DNA from: Candidatus Nanoarchaeia archaeon
GTDB taxonomy: Archaea; Nanobdellota; Nanobdellia; Woesearchaeales; SKIA01
Assembly (NCBI GenBank): GCA_028279685.1
Contig: JANQNG010000053.1
Span: 12,347-76,346 of the forward strand
DNA: 64,000 nt
Direction: 5' to 3'
This document shows positions 1-10,237 of this stretch, in pieces. Each line of letters starts with the position of its first letter. Position 1 is the stretch's first letter. Position numbers and translations under genes: made by a program. The notes below the pieces were generated by a model that was not told the DNA's origin, did not search any database, and saw only the letters and a list, made by a program, of their open reading frames with translations.

Positions 1-22
1 TTTTGTCAAAAATAGCTATTGG

Positions 23-283
23 ATGATGGCTTTATTTGTACTTGCAAGCATTCCTTTAGCATTTGTAGAACCTCTCCAAGATAGTTTTTTATTTTCAAGA
101 GTTTCTAAAAAGGATGAAGAAAAAATATATCCCATTTATGCAACTTCAAAAGATGTTGGTGCTTTCTTAGGGAAATTTATAATAGCAGGAGTGCTATTGA
201 TGTTACCTATGGGTTATGCTTTTTTAGTTACTGCAATTGTAATGGTATTTTTAACAAAATTAAGTATTTCTATTAGAAAATAA
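23..283 (+). CDS. small hydrophobic membrane protein (hypothetical)
   Basis: 86-aa ORF with two predicted TM helices; no recognisable family. Confidence 0.3.
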   Translation: MMALFVLASIPLAFVEPLQDSFLFSRVSKKDEEKIYPIYATSKDVGAFLGKFIIAGVLLMLPMGYAFLVTAIVMVFLTKLSISIRK

Positions 284-331
284 TCTAATATCTGTCAAAA
301 ATTATTTAAATAGTGTTCTTGTGAGATATTT

Positions 332-1066
332 ATGGAACTTATTATTGCAGTCATTATTGGTCTTGTATCGGGATTTCTTGGTGGTACTGTTGGGAGCGGA
401 GGGATGATATCCGTTCCTGCATTGTTATTTCTTGGATTGCCTCCTCAAATGGCTGTTGCGACGAATAAAGTAGGAGATATAGGTGCTTTTCTTGCTGCTT
501 CGGAAGAATACCTTAAAGCAAAGAAGATAAATATTAAATTCATGATGATTTTAGCGGTTCTTGCGATTGTTGGCAGTTTCCTTGGAACGCAGATTATGAT
601 AAAGTTGAGTGCTGAATTCTTGAATAATCTTATAGGGTTTGTTATATTATTGTCGTTGCCATTTGTGTTTTTTAAGAAGAAAATTGGGTTGAAGAATCAT
701 AAAGTATCAAAACTGAAAATGATTATTGGTATGGTAATTTACTTCTTACTATGTGTTCTTGGTGCAATGGTTGGCGCAGGAGGAGCCACCGTTATGTTGA
801 TTGTAATAATGTTTTTCTTTGGATTCGAAATTATTGAAGGGTACGGAACAAATAGTATTCCTGAGTTTTTCATAGCACTTATCCCAGCAATAGTATATTT
901 TACTCAAGGATTTGTTAATATTCCTATAGCTATTGCGTTATTCACAGGATGTCTTATTGGAGGATTTATTGGCTCAAAAACGGCATTAAAGAAAGGAAGT
1001 GTGTGGGTTAGATCTCTTTTTACTGTTGTGGTGGTTGCGTCTGTGATTAAGATATTATTTTTCTAA
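332..1066 (+). CDS. TauE/SafE (TSUP, DUF81) family membrane permease
   Basis: Polytopic membrane protein with duplicated Gly-rich motifs (GFLGGTVGSGGMISVP and GAMVGAGGATVML) typical of TauE/SafE. Confidence 0.7.
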   Translation: MELIIAVIIGLVSGFLGGTVGSGGMISVPALLFLGLPPQMAVATNKVGDIGAFLAASEEYLKAKKINIKFMMILAVLAIVGSFLGTQIMIKLSAEFLNNLIGFVILLSLPFVFFKKKIGLKNHKVSKLKMIIGMVIYFLLCVLGAMVGAGGATVMLIVIMFFFGFEIIEGYGTNSIPEFFIALIPAIVYFTQGFVNIPIAIALFTGCLIGGFIGSKTALKKGSVWVRSLFTVVVVASVIKILFF

Positions 1067-1092
1067 TTCATCAAATCTGGTTTCTAATATTG

Positions 1093-2490
1093 TTAAGATG
1101 TTCCTTTAATATCTTTGATGAATTGAAGGGGATTATCTGCATATTTGTCAATAAGCTTGTTTATCTGCTCAGGGCTTTTTTTTGCCTTTTTTACGAGATT
1201 GTATAGTATAGGATCATAATTAATATCTTTAATTTCTTCAATAAGCTTCTTTCTCAATGCTATTCTTAGCTCTTTTCCTAAGATATCTAAGGTTGTTTTT
1301 CCTGGGAAGAATTTCTTGACTAAGCCATCCATAACTATCATCATTCGTCCAAACAAACTGAACATATATGGATAGGGAACTCTATGTTTCATGCAAATTC
1401 TTAGTATTTCAACAAACCAGAATCCGAATCCTTCGTGAGGTGTTTTTTTCAAATATATTTTTATGTCTTCTCTAATCTTCTTATCGAATTTAGGGGGTGC
1501 ATTGCATGCATCCAATATTGCTTCAATAACTTCCTCAAGGTTTTGAGCATAAACTGTAAGAAGAAGCTGTTTTACTTTTTTTGTCTCCTTCTCATTAAAA
1601 TATCCTATGATGCCACAATCGATATTAGCGGCATCTCCGTTTTTTTGTGCTATGATATTGGCAGGATGAGGATCTGCGTTGAATAAATATGTTTTGTTCT
1701 CAAATAGAGTTCGTATAGCTCCTGTGAGGTATGTTTTTAATGATTTCTTTATGTTATAGTTTTTATTGTTTTCTACAGTTTTACTTTTATTCAATGGAAT
1801 TCCTTCGACAAATTGTGTGGTAATAACGTTGTTCTTACAATATTTTGGAATTGTTGTAAAGAATGTTCCTTTGCCAAGATCTTTTCTTAGTTTTGTTTCT
1901 GTTTTCTTATAGAGTTTCTTAATGCGTTCAATATTCCTAGCTTCATGCTTGAAATCTATTTCTTCAAGAAGCCAGGATTCTATTTGCTTAACTATTTTTG
2001 TGGCTTTAACATGTCTTAGAAGAGGTGAGAATAATTGAACAAAAGAAACAACACTTTTGATTACTTTGATATCCTTAAGTATTTGCTCTTCGATGTTTGG
2101 GCGTTTTATTTTTACTGCTACTTTGACATTTTTTATTTTTGCTTTATGGACTTGGGCTATGGAAGCAGAAGCTATTGGTTTTTTTTCAAATGTTGTGAAG
2201 AGTTGTTCAGGTGATTTTCTAAAGTCTTTTCTGATAATATTTTTTATTTCTGTATAAGATATTGGTGTTGTGTTATCTAGTAGCTTCTGAAGTTCTTCAC
2301 AATCTTTATCAGGCAAGATATCATATCTCATACTCAGAATCTGTCCCATTTTGATATAGGTTATTCCAAGTTTTTCACAACATTCGCGTATTCTTCGGCC
2401 AAGAAATTTTTTTTTATGTTTATTTAGCTTATAGAGGAGAAAATACTCTAAATATCTTGCAAATACCTCCATGAATCTTTTTTTACTCAT
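1093..2490 (-). CDS. ABC1/UbiB (ADCK) family atypical protein kinase
   Basis: 465 aa; motif ASASIAQVHKAK plus lysine-rich N-lobe and length typical of the ABC1/UbiB family. Confidence 0.75.
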   Translation of the reverse strand: MSKKRFMEVFARYLEYFLLYKLNKHKKKFLGRRIRECCEKLGITYIKMGQILSMRYDILPDKDCEELQKLLDNTTPISYTEIKNIIRKDFRKSPEQLFTTFEKKPIASASIAQVHKAKIKNVKVAVKIKRPNIEEQILKDIKVIKSVVSFVQLFSPLLRHVKATKIVKQIESWLLEEIDFKHEARNIERIKKLYKKTETKLRKDLGKGTFFTTIPKYCKNNVITTQFVEGIPLNKSKTVENNKNYNIKKSLKTYLTGAIRTLFENKTYLFNADPHPANIIAQKNGDAANIDCGIIGYFNEKETKKVKQLLLTVYAQNLEEVIEAILDACNAPPKFDKKIREDIKIYLKKTPHEGFGFWFVEILRICMKHRVPYPYMFSLFGRMMIVMDGLVKKFFPGKTTLDILGKELRIALRKKLIEEIKDINYDPILYNLVKKAKKSPEQINKLIDKYADNPLQFIKDIKGTS

Positions 2491-2995
2491 CCTTTGTCAC
2501 TATATCGAATTCTTTTACAATTTTCTTGACTGTCTTCTTTACAGGCTTAATGATATCTTTGTATTTGTTTCTTATGTATTTTTTATTGTTACTCAGATTC
2601 TTTCCTTTGAATTCACCTGAAACTTCTTCAATAGTATCTTTGGCAAGACCATACAATCCTGCTCCTAGTTTTATAACCATTTCTATAGCCTCCGATTCAA
2701 TTTTAGGTTCTGATTTTGTTCTTTTTCCTTGTTTGGTCTGTTTTATGTTCACGAAACCATGTTTTTTTAGGATGTTTATGTCTTTTGTTACATTGCCCTG
2801 ATCTCTTTTTGTTATCGATGCTAACTCATAGATACTTTCTGGATGGTGTTGTTTAATTACTTCTAGAAGTTGCATCCTGTTGGGATTAAGAACTTTCTGC
2901 ATATCTTTGAATGTAGCAAAGTATATGATGTTCTTAGATTTCTTCTTAGGTATTTTACCTATTTCAACTTTTATATTATTTGCATTCAGAGCCAC
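2483..2995 (-). CDS. winged-helix (MarR/ArsR-like) transcriptional regulator
   Basis: 170 aa with wHTH-like segment (MQLLEVIKQHHPESIYELASITKRDQGNVTKDINILKKHGFV) and K-rich tail; divergent from the grpE operon. Confidence 0.5.
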   Translation of the reverse strand: MALNANNIKVEIGKIPKKKSKNIIYFATFKDMQKVLNPNRMQLLEVIKQHHPESIYELASITKRDQGNVTKDINILKKHGFVNIKQTKQGKRTKSEPKIESEAIEMVIKLGAGLYGLAKDTIEEVSGEFKGKNLSNNKKYIRNKYKDIIKPVKKTVKKIVKEFDIVTKDE

Positions 2996-3130
2996 ATATA
3001 TGTAAAAAATTACATATATTTAAATGTTTTGATGAGTTACCGCTATTTTAATTTGTTTTTTTGTCTTTGGTTATTAAAGAGTAGCAACAAGATAATAAAA
3101 TTTATAAAATGAGTTGTATTTTCAAAAAAT

Positions 3131-3361
3131 ATGGATAAAGAAAAAGATTTATCTTTTATTTGTCAAGAAGAAGGTCATAAATGGAAACTTGTAGAAGATA
3201 ATGTGCGTGAAGAGCAAGGAAGATGTATTGGCCCTGATTGTTATGAGACATATAATAAAGGCAGTAGATACTATGTATGTTCTAGACCAGGATGTGATGC
3301 TACCAATACAGTTCATATAGATGAAGAAAATGACAGGATTCGTAATGAGTTCGGCATTTGA
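3131..3361 (+). CDS. small Cys-containing (zinc-ribbon-like) protein
   Basis: 76 aa with paired CxxxxC motifs (CIGPDC, CSRPGC). Confidence 0.3.
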   Translation: MDKEKDLSFICQEEGHKWKLVEDNVREEQGRCIGPDCYETYNKGSRYYVCSRPGCDATNTVHIDEENDRIRNEFGI

Positions 3362-3490
3362 AGTCCTCATTTGAACTTTTAGATTCTTTAGGTATTTGTT
3401 TTTGAGAATAGAGATATTTCAGATGAAAAAATCGAAGGATATGCTCAACATCTTGTAAATCATTACACTGGTCTTGAACCTAAATTCACA

Positions 3491-3793
3491 ATGAAGCATG
3501 AGGGTAAGAGTTTCGATGTTTCTTTAAGGCTTGATGCGCATACATATCTGATGCCTGAAGGGGGAAGTCACGAGGATAAGTATATTCATACGAGAGGAAC
3601 CACTATTGTTGGTCCTGCTTGGACAATTTTTGATGAAAATGGAAGGGAGTGCGAGCCTCGACCTGAAAGTCCTTCAATAGATATTGTTGTTGAATTCACA
3701 CCAAATAATGGTTCTTATGAGCAATCTGCAGTAACTGAAGAAGATATGAACGCAGTCTTAGCAATGAGGGCTTATTTGGAAAGTAAATTATAA
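3491..3793 (+). CDS. hypothetical protein
   Basis: 100-aa ORF, locally higher GC, no family recognised. Confidence 0.3.
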   Translation: MKHEGKSFDVSLRLDAHTYLMPEGGSHEDKYIHTRGTTIVGPAWTIFDENGRECEPRPESPSIDIVVEFTPNNGSYEQSAVTEEDMNAVLAMRAYLESKL

Positions 3794-3808
3794 TTTTTTT
3801 TATCTTAT
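3789..3808 (+). terminator. oligo-T element TATAATTTTTTTTATCTTAT (copy 1)
   Basis: 8-T run immediately after the stop of the 3491-3793 ORF; identical 20-mer recurs at 6857-6876. Confidence 0.35.
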
Positions 3809-3894
3809 AATATGAAACACTCTCCAATATATTTTTTCTAAAATATATTTTCTATAACACAAATATTTATATAAAAATCAACACCACATCAACA

Positions 3895-3915
3895 TTGTTG
3901 ACTTAAAGTCAACAA
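3895..3915. promoter_or_regulatory. perfect palindrome TTGTTGACT-TAA-AGTCAACAA upstream of grpE
   Basis: 9-bp inverted arms with 3-nt spacer, about 70-90 nt upstream of the likely grpE start; candidate heat-shock operator. Confidence 0.45.
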
Positions 3916-3925
3916 AATAGAAGAG

Positions 3926-4507
3926 TTGAAAAATATGGAGAAACCATGTATAGTAAAAATAACAAAGAGGTGTCATTTTGCCATGAAAAAGCCCTCAAAA
4001 ACCGAAAAAGAACAGAAATCACCATCAAAAGATGAGCAGATTACAGAGCTTACTGATCAACTGAAACGCCTCCAAGCGGAATTTATCAATTATAGAACAC
4101 GAGTTGAACAGGAAAAGCTCGAAATCAATAAACGGGCTAAGTCTGATCTCATGCAACAGCTCCTACCTGTATTAGATCATTTTGAGCTCGCTATGAAGAA
4201 TAGATTCAGTCCTGAAGATTTCGCAAAAGGGGTTGAATTAATTCAACAGCAGTTAACTATGATATTAGAAAAAGAAGGATTGCAACATATCGATTGTATA
4301 AACAAACCATTTAATCAAGATTTGCATGATGCAATTACATCAAAAATTTCAAACAATCTTAAACCAGATACGGTCATTGAAGAATTGCAGAAAGGGTATC
4401 TTTTCAAAGATATTGTTTTACGCCATGCAAAAGTTGCAGTTACAAAAAAGCCAGAAAATGGACAAAATAAAAATTCATCGGACAACACCACTCAAAACAA
4501 TGCTTGA
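3926..4507 (+). CDS. grpE: GrpE nucleotide exchange factor
   Basis: Coiled-coil then GrpE core (LKRLQAEFINYRTRVEQEK, LLPVLDHFELA). ORF opens at TTG 3926; ATG at 3986 with AGAGGTG SD is the more likely start. Confidence 0.9.
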   Translation: MKNMEKPCIVKITKRCHFAMKKPSKTEKEQKSPSKDEQITELTDQLKRLQAEFINYRTRVEQEKLEINKRAKSDLMQQLLPVLDHFELAMKNRFSPEDFAKGVELIQQQLTMILEKEGLQHIDCINKPFNQDLHDAITSKISNNLKPDTVIEELQKGYLFKDIVLRHAKVAVTKKPENGQNKNSSDNTTQNNA

Positions 4508-4997
4508 GATTGGCAGAACGTGTGATTGCAAAGGAGGGCAATGCGGGAAGTGCTGCGAACATGTAGGAGCAGTATTCCTCGATGGAGAGGAAGAGAAAGT
4601 TGCAAAAACGAAGAATATGACTGCGGAGGAATTTGAGAAAAAATTTCTCGAACATATAACAAGATTCAATACAACAAGGAAAAAAGCAAAGCAAAAAGAA
4701 AATGGAGAATGCATATTCCTTGCAAAAAACGGTTTATGCACCATTCACGAAGTGAAGCCATTGCATTGCCAAGTATGTCATCACGGTCCTTATGGAGAAG
4801 AGGCTCATGATTGGTTCGATGTGCATTATTTTGTCAACACAAATGATCCAAACTCATTACGAGAATGGAATATCAAACTCAACGTCAAACCTTCTAAAGT
4901 TGAAGGTGTGGCTTTGAAAGATCTCATCGGAAAAAAAGTAGATGAGATCTTGCATTATGAAGATTTACAATACCAAGGAGGTAAAAAAAATGAGTAA
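4500..4997 (+). CDS. YkgJ/UPF0153-family CxxCxxCC putative Zn/Fe-chelating protein
   Basis: [12 protein letters not shown] and [25 protein letters not shown] match the PF03692 pattern; ATG 4500 overlaps grpE stop; its stop overlaps dnaK ATG (ATGAGTAA). Confidence 0.6.
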   Translation: MLEIGRTCDCKGGQCGKCCEHVGAVFLDGEEEKVAKTKNMTAEEFEKKFLEHITRFNTTRKKAKQKENGECIFLAKNGLCTIHEVKPLHCQVCHHGPYGEEAHDWFDVHYFVNTNDPNSLREWNIKLNVKPSKVEGVALKDLIGKKVDEILHYEDLQYQGGKKNE

Positions 4998-6846
4998 AAT
5001 TATAGGTATAGATTTAGGAACTACTTTTTCAGCAGTCGCCGTTATGGAGGGTGGTAAACCGATTATTATTTCGAATGCTGAAGGATCACGAACAACACCA
5101 AGTGTTGTTGGTGTAAGAGATGGTGAACGTCTTGCAGGAGATGTTGCCAGAAGACAAGCTATTGTCAACCCCAAAAATACGGTGAGAAGTATTAAGAGAC
5201 ACATGGGTGAAGACTATAAAGTCAAACTTGATGGAAAAGACTATTCTCCACAAGAGATTTCTGCAATGATATTACAGAAACTGAAAGAAGATGCTGAAGC
5301 ATATCTTGGCCAGAAAGTTGAACGCGCAGTTATTACTGTTCCTGCTTACTTTACTGATGCACAGCGTCAGGCTACAAAAGATGCAGGTACCATTGCAGGT
5401 TTCAAAGTGGAGAGAATCATTAATGAGCCTACTGCGGCTTCGTTAGCATATGGTCTTGAAAAATCAGAAGATCACACCATTCTTGTCTTTGATTTTGGTG
5501 GTGGAACATTTGATGTTTCTATACTCGAATTAGGAGATAATGTTTTTGAGGTTAAGGCTTCAAATGGAGATAATCATCTTGGAGGAGATGATATTGATGA
5601 GCTTATTATAGACTGGATTGCTGATAGATTCAAGAAAGAAAATGGTATAGATCTCAGAGAGGATCCACAATCGTTACAACGATTGAAAGAAGCTGCTGAG
5701 AAGGCAAAGATTGAACTGAGCTCTTCACAAGTGGCAAAGATCAATCTGCCATTTATTACAGCGGATGCAACAGGACCGAAGCATGTTGATTATGAAATGA
5801 AGCGTTCAGAATTTGAGAAGATGATTGAATCAATCATAGAGCGATTGAAAGGTCCTACGATGACTGCGTTGAAAGATGCCAATATGGACAATAGCAAGAT
5901 TGACAAAGTGATTTTTGTTGGTGGTTCAACAAGAATTCCTGCAGTCCAGAAATTAGTGAAGGATCTCACAGGAAAAGAAGGTGATAAATCAGTTAATCCT
6001 GATGAAGCGGTTGCATTAGGTGCTGCTATCCAAGGAGGTATTCTTGGAGGGGATGTCAAAGATGTTTTGCTTCTGGATGTGACTCCTTTGAGTCTGGGTA
6101 TTGAAACATTGGGAGGAGTATTCACTAAAATGATTGATAAGAATACAACTATTCCAACAAAGAAAAGCCAAGTCTATTCAACTGCAGCCGATAATCAAAC
6201 AGCGGTTACCATCAGAGTTGGTCAGGGAGAACGTTCTATGTTTAATGACAACAAGCTTTTAGGACAGTTTGATTTAGTAGGAATACCTCCTGCGCCAAGA
6301 GGAGTGCCCCAGATAGAAGTAACTTTTGATATCGATGCAAATGGTATTGTGCATGTCACTGCAAAAGATCTTGGAACTGGCAAAGAACAGAGCATAAAGA
6401 TCACAGCAAGCTCTAATCTCTCAGAAGAAGAGATTGAGAAGATGAAGAAAGATGCTGAGAAGTTTGCTGAAGAAGACAAGAAGAAAAAGGAAGAGGTTGA
6501 AACCATTAACCAAGCAGAAACATTAGTGCATACTACTGAAAAGCTCATGGGTGAGGTTAAAGATAAAGTCGACAAAGCAAAACTTGATACGATCAAGAAA
6601 GAGATTGATGAACTCAAGAAGCTTCTCGAATCTAAAGATAGAGATGTTGCTGCAATCAAGAAGAAACTTGATGAAGTGAATAAAAAGGTTCAGGAGATGT
6701 CTACAGAGATGTATCAGAAAGTGCAGCAAGAACAAGCCGCAGCTCAACAGGCACAGCAAGGTCCTAAAGATAGTGGTAAGAGCAAGAAAGGTGAAAAAGT
6801 TGTTGATGCAGAAGTTGAAGATGTCGATGACAAGAAGAAAAAGTAA
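4990..6846 (+). CDS. dnaK: Hsp70 chaperone DnaK
   Basis: [31 protein letters not shown] and EEVD-like C-terminus; AGGAGGT SD 8 nt upstream of ATG 4990 (ORF-track M at 4942 is an upstream extension). Confidence 0.97.
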   Translation: MSKIIGIDLGTTFSAVAVMEGGKPIIISNAEGSRTTPSVVGVRDGERLAGDVARRQAIVNPKNTVRSIKRHMGEDYKVKLDGKDYSPQEISAMILQKLKEDAEAYLGQKVERAVITVPAYFTDAQRQATKDAGTIAGFKVERIINEPTAASLAYGLEKSEDHTILVFDFGGGTFDVSILELGDNVFEVKASNGDNHLGGDDIDELIIDWIADRFKKENGIDLREDPQSLQRLKEAAEKAKIELSSSQVAKINLPFITADATGPKHVDYEMKRSEFEKMIESIIERLKGPTMTALKDANMDNSKIDKVIFVGGSTRIPAVQKLVKDLTGKEGDKSVNPDEAVALGAAIQGGILGGDVKDVLLLDVTPLSLGIETLGGVFTKMIDKNTTIPTKKSQVYSTAADNQTAVTIRVGQGERSMFNDNKLLGQFDLVGIPPAPRGVPQIEVTFDIDANGIVHVTAKDLGTGKEQSIKITASSNLSEEEIEKMKKDAEKFAEEDKKKKEEVETINQAETLVHTTEKLMGEVKDKVDKAKLDTIKKEIDELKKLLESKDRDVAAIKKKLDEVNKKVQEMSTEMYQKVQQEQAAAQQAQQGPKDSGKSKKGEKVVDAEVEDVDDKKKK

Positions 6847-6856
6847 ATCTTTTTAA

Positions 6857-6876
6857 TATAATTTTTTTTATCTTAT
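6857..6876 (+). terminator. oligo-T element TATAATTTTTTTTATCTTAT (copy 2); alternatively a TATA-like promoter for dnaJ
   Basis: Identical 20-mer to 3789-3808, after the dnaK stop and about 20-27 nt before the dnaJ GTG at 6896. Confidence 0.3.
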
Positions 6877-6895
6877 TCAAAAAGAGTGAGTAAAG

Positions 6896-8008
6896 GTGGC
6901 AAAAGACTATTATGATATTTTGGGAGTGGGCAAGGAGGCTAGTCAAACAGAAATAAAAAAAGCCTACAAACGACTCGCGAAAAAATATCACCCTGATTTA
7001 AATAAAGGGGATAAAGATGCTGAGGGAAAATTCAAAGAGGTGAATGAAGCATTCTCTGTTCTTGGCGATGAGAAGAAGCGTTCAAATTATGATCGTTTTG
7101 GCACTGCTGATTTTGGAGCAGGAGGATCTGGCTTTGGAGGAGGGCCTTTTACTGGGTTTGATTTCTCTGATTTCGGATTTGGAGATATCTTCGACAGTTT
7201 CTTTGGTGGAAGAAGAAGACAACATGATTATCGCGGAGCTGATTTGCGATATGATCTAACAATCACATTAGAAGAAGCAGTCTTCGGTACAGAAAAGGTA
7301 ATTACATTACGAAAACCAGAAAGTTGTGAATCTTGTAAAGGTTCTGGAAGCAAGAGCGGCAATCTTGAAACCTGCAGCGAATGTCATGGTTCTGGCATGA
7401 TGAAAAAAATTCAGAGGACTCCTTTTGGCATGTTTCAATCTACTACCACATGTACTCGTTGTAATGGCCAGGGACAGATTTTCTCTGATCCTTGCAAAGA
7501 TTGTGATGGAACTGGAAGGATTATGGCAAAGAAGCAGATCAAAGTAAAAATTCCGGCAGGTGTAGATAATGGATCAAGAGTTCGTGTTCCTGCTGGAGGA
7601 GAAGCTGGCATAAGAGGTGCAGCACCTGGTGATCTTTATCTGTATATCCATGTGAAACCACATGATTTCTTCCAAAGAGAAGACACTGATATTTATGTTG
7701 AAATCCCTATCAGTTTTGTCCAGGCAACATTAGGAACAACCCTTGAAATACCTACCTTGCATGGGAAAGTGAATTTGAAGATTCCTGCAGGTACACAAAC
7801 GGATACTTTTTTCAAAATTAAAGATAAAGGAGTTCCTTATCTTCATGGAGGAGGACTAGGAAATCAGTTAGTAAAGGTTGTGGTAAAGGTTCCTGAAAAG
7901 CTCAACAAAGAACAGAGAAAATTGCTTGAAGAATATGCTAAAAAATCAGGGGAAGATATTATTAAACCTCAAAAAAGCCTTTTTGAGCGCATAGGAGATA
8001 TATTCTAG
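6896..8008 (+). CDS. dnaJ: co-chaperone DnaJ (Hsp40)
   Basis: J-domain ([14 protein letters not shown]), G/F-rich linker, four CxxCxGxG zinc-finger repeats; GTG start. Confidence 0.95.
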   Translation: MAKDYYDILGVGKEASQTEIKKAYKRLAKKYHPDLNKGDKDAEGKFKEVNEAFSVLGDEKKRSNYDRFGTADFGAGGSGFGGGPFTGFDFSDFGFGDIFDSFFGGRRRQHDYRGADLRYDLTITLEEAVFGTEKVITLRKPESCESCKGSGSKSGNLETCSECHGSGMMKKIQRTPFGMFQSTTTCTRCNGQGQIFSDPCKDCDGTGRIMAKKQIKVKIPAGVDNGSRVRVPAGGEAGIRGAAPGDLYLYIHVKPHDFFQREDTDIYVEIPISFVQATLGTTLEIPTLHGKVNLKIPAGTQTDTFFKIKDKGVPYLHGGGLGNQLVKVVVKVPEKLNKEQRKLLEEYAKKSGEDIIKPQKSLFERIGDIF

Positions 8009-8109
8009 ATTCGTATTCATTCATCAATACTTATAAGAGATTTTCATTGCTGAATGGTTGCAAATGAAAACATTTATATATGATTTCGGTATTTATCAGC
8101 CTATAAGTT

Positions 8110-9303
8110 ATGAGGGGTTTAATGAAAATGAAAAATATACTACCTGTAGTACTTACATTGGTACTTATCGTTCTGGTTGCTTGCCAACCATTGCCTGTTG
8201 TTCCAGAGGAACCTGGTGAAGAGATAACCTTGCCTGAGATTGAGATTCCTGAATTGGAACAGGAAGAGGAAGTTATACCTGAACCTGAATTATTCGATGA
8301 GATCATTGAAGTCACAGAGAAGGATCTTGTCGAACTCAATCCTGAAGCGGTAGATCCTGATGGTGATACGATTTATTACACATTCTCAGATCCATTCACT
8401 GAAGAAGGCGTTTGGCAGACAGAAGTTGGAGATGAAGGTGAATATGTTATTACTATTACAGCTTCTGATGGTGAATTGGAAGTAGAAATGGATGTTTATG
8501 TTATTGTCCATGCTGCAAATAAGCCACCAGTCATTGCAGGCCCTGATGAGCTTTACTTCAATGAAGGAGATATTGTCGAACTAGTCTATGATATTACTGA
8601 TCCTGATGGTGATGAAGTGATTGTTTCGTATTCAGGATGGATGCTTTCTGATATGTATCAGACAACGTTTGAGGATGAAGGAGATTATGACGTGAAGATT
8701 ACCGCACAGGATGCAGAGCACGAAACTGTTAAAGAAATTGTTGTTCATGTGATGCATACAAACAGAGCACCTATCATTGATGGTATCGATGAACTGATTG
8801 AGCTTACTGAAGGAGAGACACTTGAGGTTGTTCCTGATGCTGTTGATCCTGATGGTGATGAAGTGACCTTTACATTCTCAGAACCTTTGAATGATGAAGG
8901 CATCTGGAGAAGTGCTGATGGTGATGCTGGAGAATTTTTCATCACCGTAACTGCAAGTGATGGTGAAATGGAAGCAAGCTTCGAATCACAAGTCATAGTT
9001 TATAGAAGAAACCAAGCACCAGTTGTTATGTTACTTGGCGAAGCAGAAAACCTCGTGTATGAAGAAGGTGACATGATTGATCTTCTTGCAGCGCTTGATA
9101 TCACTGATGAAGAGGGTGACGATGTAACGGTTGAGTTTTCTGGATTTATGGAAACAGCGACTTATCAAACGACATTTGATGATGAAGGAACTTATGATCA
9201 GACAGTAATTGCGACTGATGCTGAAGGGAATATCAACACGTTTGATTTCGAGATTGTAATAGAGAATGTCAATAGGGCTCCTGTGTTTGTTTTGAACCCT
9301 TAA
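8110..9303 (+). CDS. secreted lipoprotein-like acidic protein with four ~90-aa Ig/cadherin-like repeats
   Basis: Signal peptide with LVAC lipobox-like site; four repeats each carrying DPDGD(E/T) and ITxTASDGE motifs. Confidence 0.6.
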   Translation: MRGLMKMKNILPVVLTLVLIVLVACQPLPVVPEEPGEEITLPEIEIPELEQEEEVIPEPELFDEIIEVTEKDLVELNPEAVDPDGDTIYYTFSDPFTEEGVWQTEVGDEGEYVITITASDGELEVEMDVYVIVHAANKPPVIAGPDELYFNEGDIVELVYDITDPDGDEVIVSYSGWMLSDMYQTTFEDEGDYDVKITAQDAEHETVKEIVVHVMHTNRAPIIDGIDELIELTEGETLEVVPDAVDPDGDEVTFTFSEPLNDEGIWRSADGDAGEFFITVTASDGEMEASFESQVIVYRRNQAPVVMLLGEAENLVYEEGDMIDLLAALDITDEEGDDVTVEFSGFMETATYQTTFDDEGTYDQTVIATDAEGNINTFDFEIVIENVNRAPVFVLNP

Positions 9304-9324
9304 TTTTTTTCTTTTTATTTGTTT
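9304..9324 (+). terminator. T-rich putative archaeal terminator
   Basis: TTTTTTTCTTTTTATTTGTTT directly after the stop at 9303. Confidence 0.3.
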
Positions 9325-9691
9325 GATTAAAATGAGTAAGCTACAAAATATCATAATTGGTTCTGTAGTCGGAGCTTTTTCTGTAGTGGGAGTTGCAGGT
9401 CTCTATGCGAGAGTTTGGGAATCTTTTCAGGAAGAAATCTCAGTAGAGGGTGGGAAAGTACGTCTTGTAGAAGATTACGGAGTAATAAATGATATGCATT
9501 GGTCAAGGGATGGAAAACGACTCTATATTTTTGGAGAGGATTCTCCAATAGATTTTCCTATTGGAAAATGGGATAAGGATATCAAAGAGAAAGATTTGGT
9601 TGACTTGAAATATAGAAGAAGCTTCCCGTGGTTCTGGCAGAAGCAAGATCAATTTGATGGTTGTTATATCAGCAATGATGAATACTACTGA
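9323..9691 (+). CDS. membrane-anchored hypothetical protein
   Basis: 122 aa, N-terminal TM helix then soluble domain; TTG start, ATG at 9332 possible. Confidence 0.35.
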   Translation: MIKMSKLQNIIIGSVVGAFSVVGVAGLYARVWESFQEEISVEGGKVRLVEDYGVINDMHWSRDGKRLYIFGEDSPIDFPIGKWDKDIKEKDLVDLKYRRSFPWFWQKQDQFDGCYISNDEYY

Positions 9692-10012
9692 CTACTTGGT
9701 TATAGAGTTCTTTTCAATTCTTTCTTTAGTACGTTTAATTGCCGTATTCATCAATAGTTGATTTTGCTCTCTAAGTTCTTCTATAATCTTGTCTTTCCTC
9801 TTTAGTTCTTCTTCCAAGATTTTCACTTTTTCTTTTGCGTCAAGCATGATATCAACTCAGGAATGCAGCTCTTGCAGCAGGAGGAATCACTGTTACATAT
9901 AATAAGGTAAACACTAAAATAAGTATAGGTATCAGAAAAACATAGCTTGCTCGTCTTCCCCTCATACATAATGGATAGAGACGCTGCTATTTAAAGTTAA
10001 TCGAAAAGAGAA

Positions 10013-10231
10013 TTAATGAAAAGAAGCAATATATCCCATCATAAATCCTTCCTCTATAGCATCAATGCAATCATTTTCTCCGCATTCTTGGACAAAAGAT
10101 TCATCATAGAATTGTTTTTCCTCTTCAGTTTCTTTTCTGTTTTCAATAATATCGAGTTGCTCATCTTCAAGAAATCTATTCAAAAAAACCATTCTTTCAT
10201 GTTCTTCTCCCATCTTTAACATTTGCATCAT
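10013..10231 (-). CDS. small highly acidic protein (hypothetical)
   Basis: 72 aa, Glu/Asp-rich; preceded by GGAGGTGA SD. Confidence 0.35.
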   Translation of the reverse strand: MMQMLKMGEEHERMVFLNRFLEDEQLDIIENRKETEEEKQFYDESFVQECGENDCIDAIEEGFMMGYIASFH

Positions 10232-10237
10232 ATCATA

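Noticed and set aside
1435-2257. Plus-strand ORFs 1435-1686 and 2057-2257
   Set aside because: Antisense to the UbiB/ABC1 kinase gene. Low-complexity, no support.
4326-4499. N-terminal extension of the YkgJ-like ORF from the ORF track
   Set aside because: Overlaps the GrpE coding frame for 174 nt. The conserved CxxCxxCC domain begins at the internal Met at 4500, which coincides with the grpE stop.
8031-8339. Minus-strand Ser-rich 102-aa ORF
   Set aside because: Antisense to the 5' end of the repeat lipoprotein gene. Composition artefact.
9692-9847. 51-aa K/E-rich minus-strand ORF (MLDAKEKVKILEEELKRKDK...)
   Set aside because: No SD and a composition typical of chance ORFs in AT-rich DNA. 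Kept only as a remote possibility.
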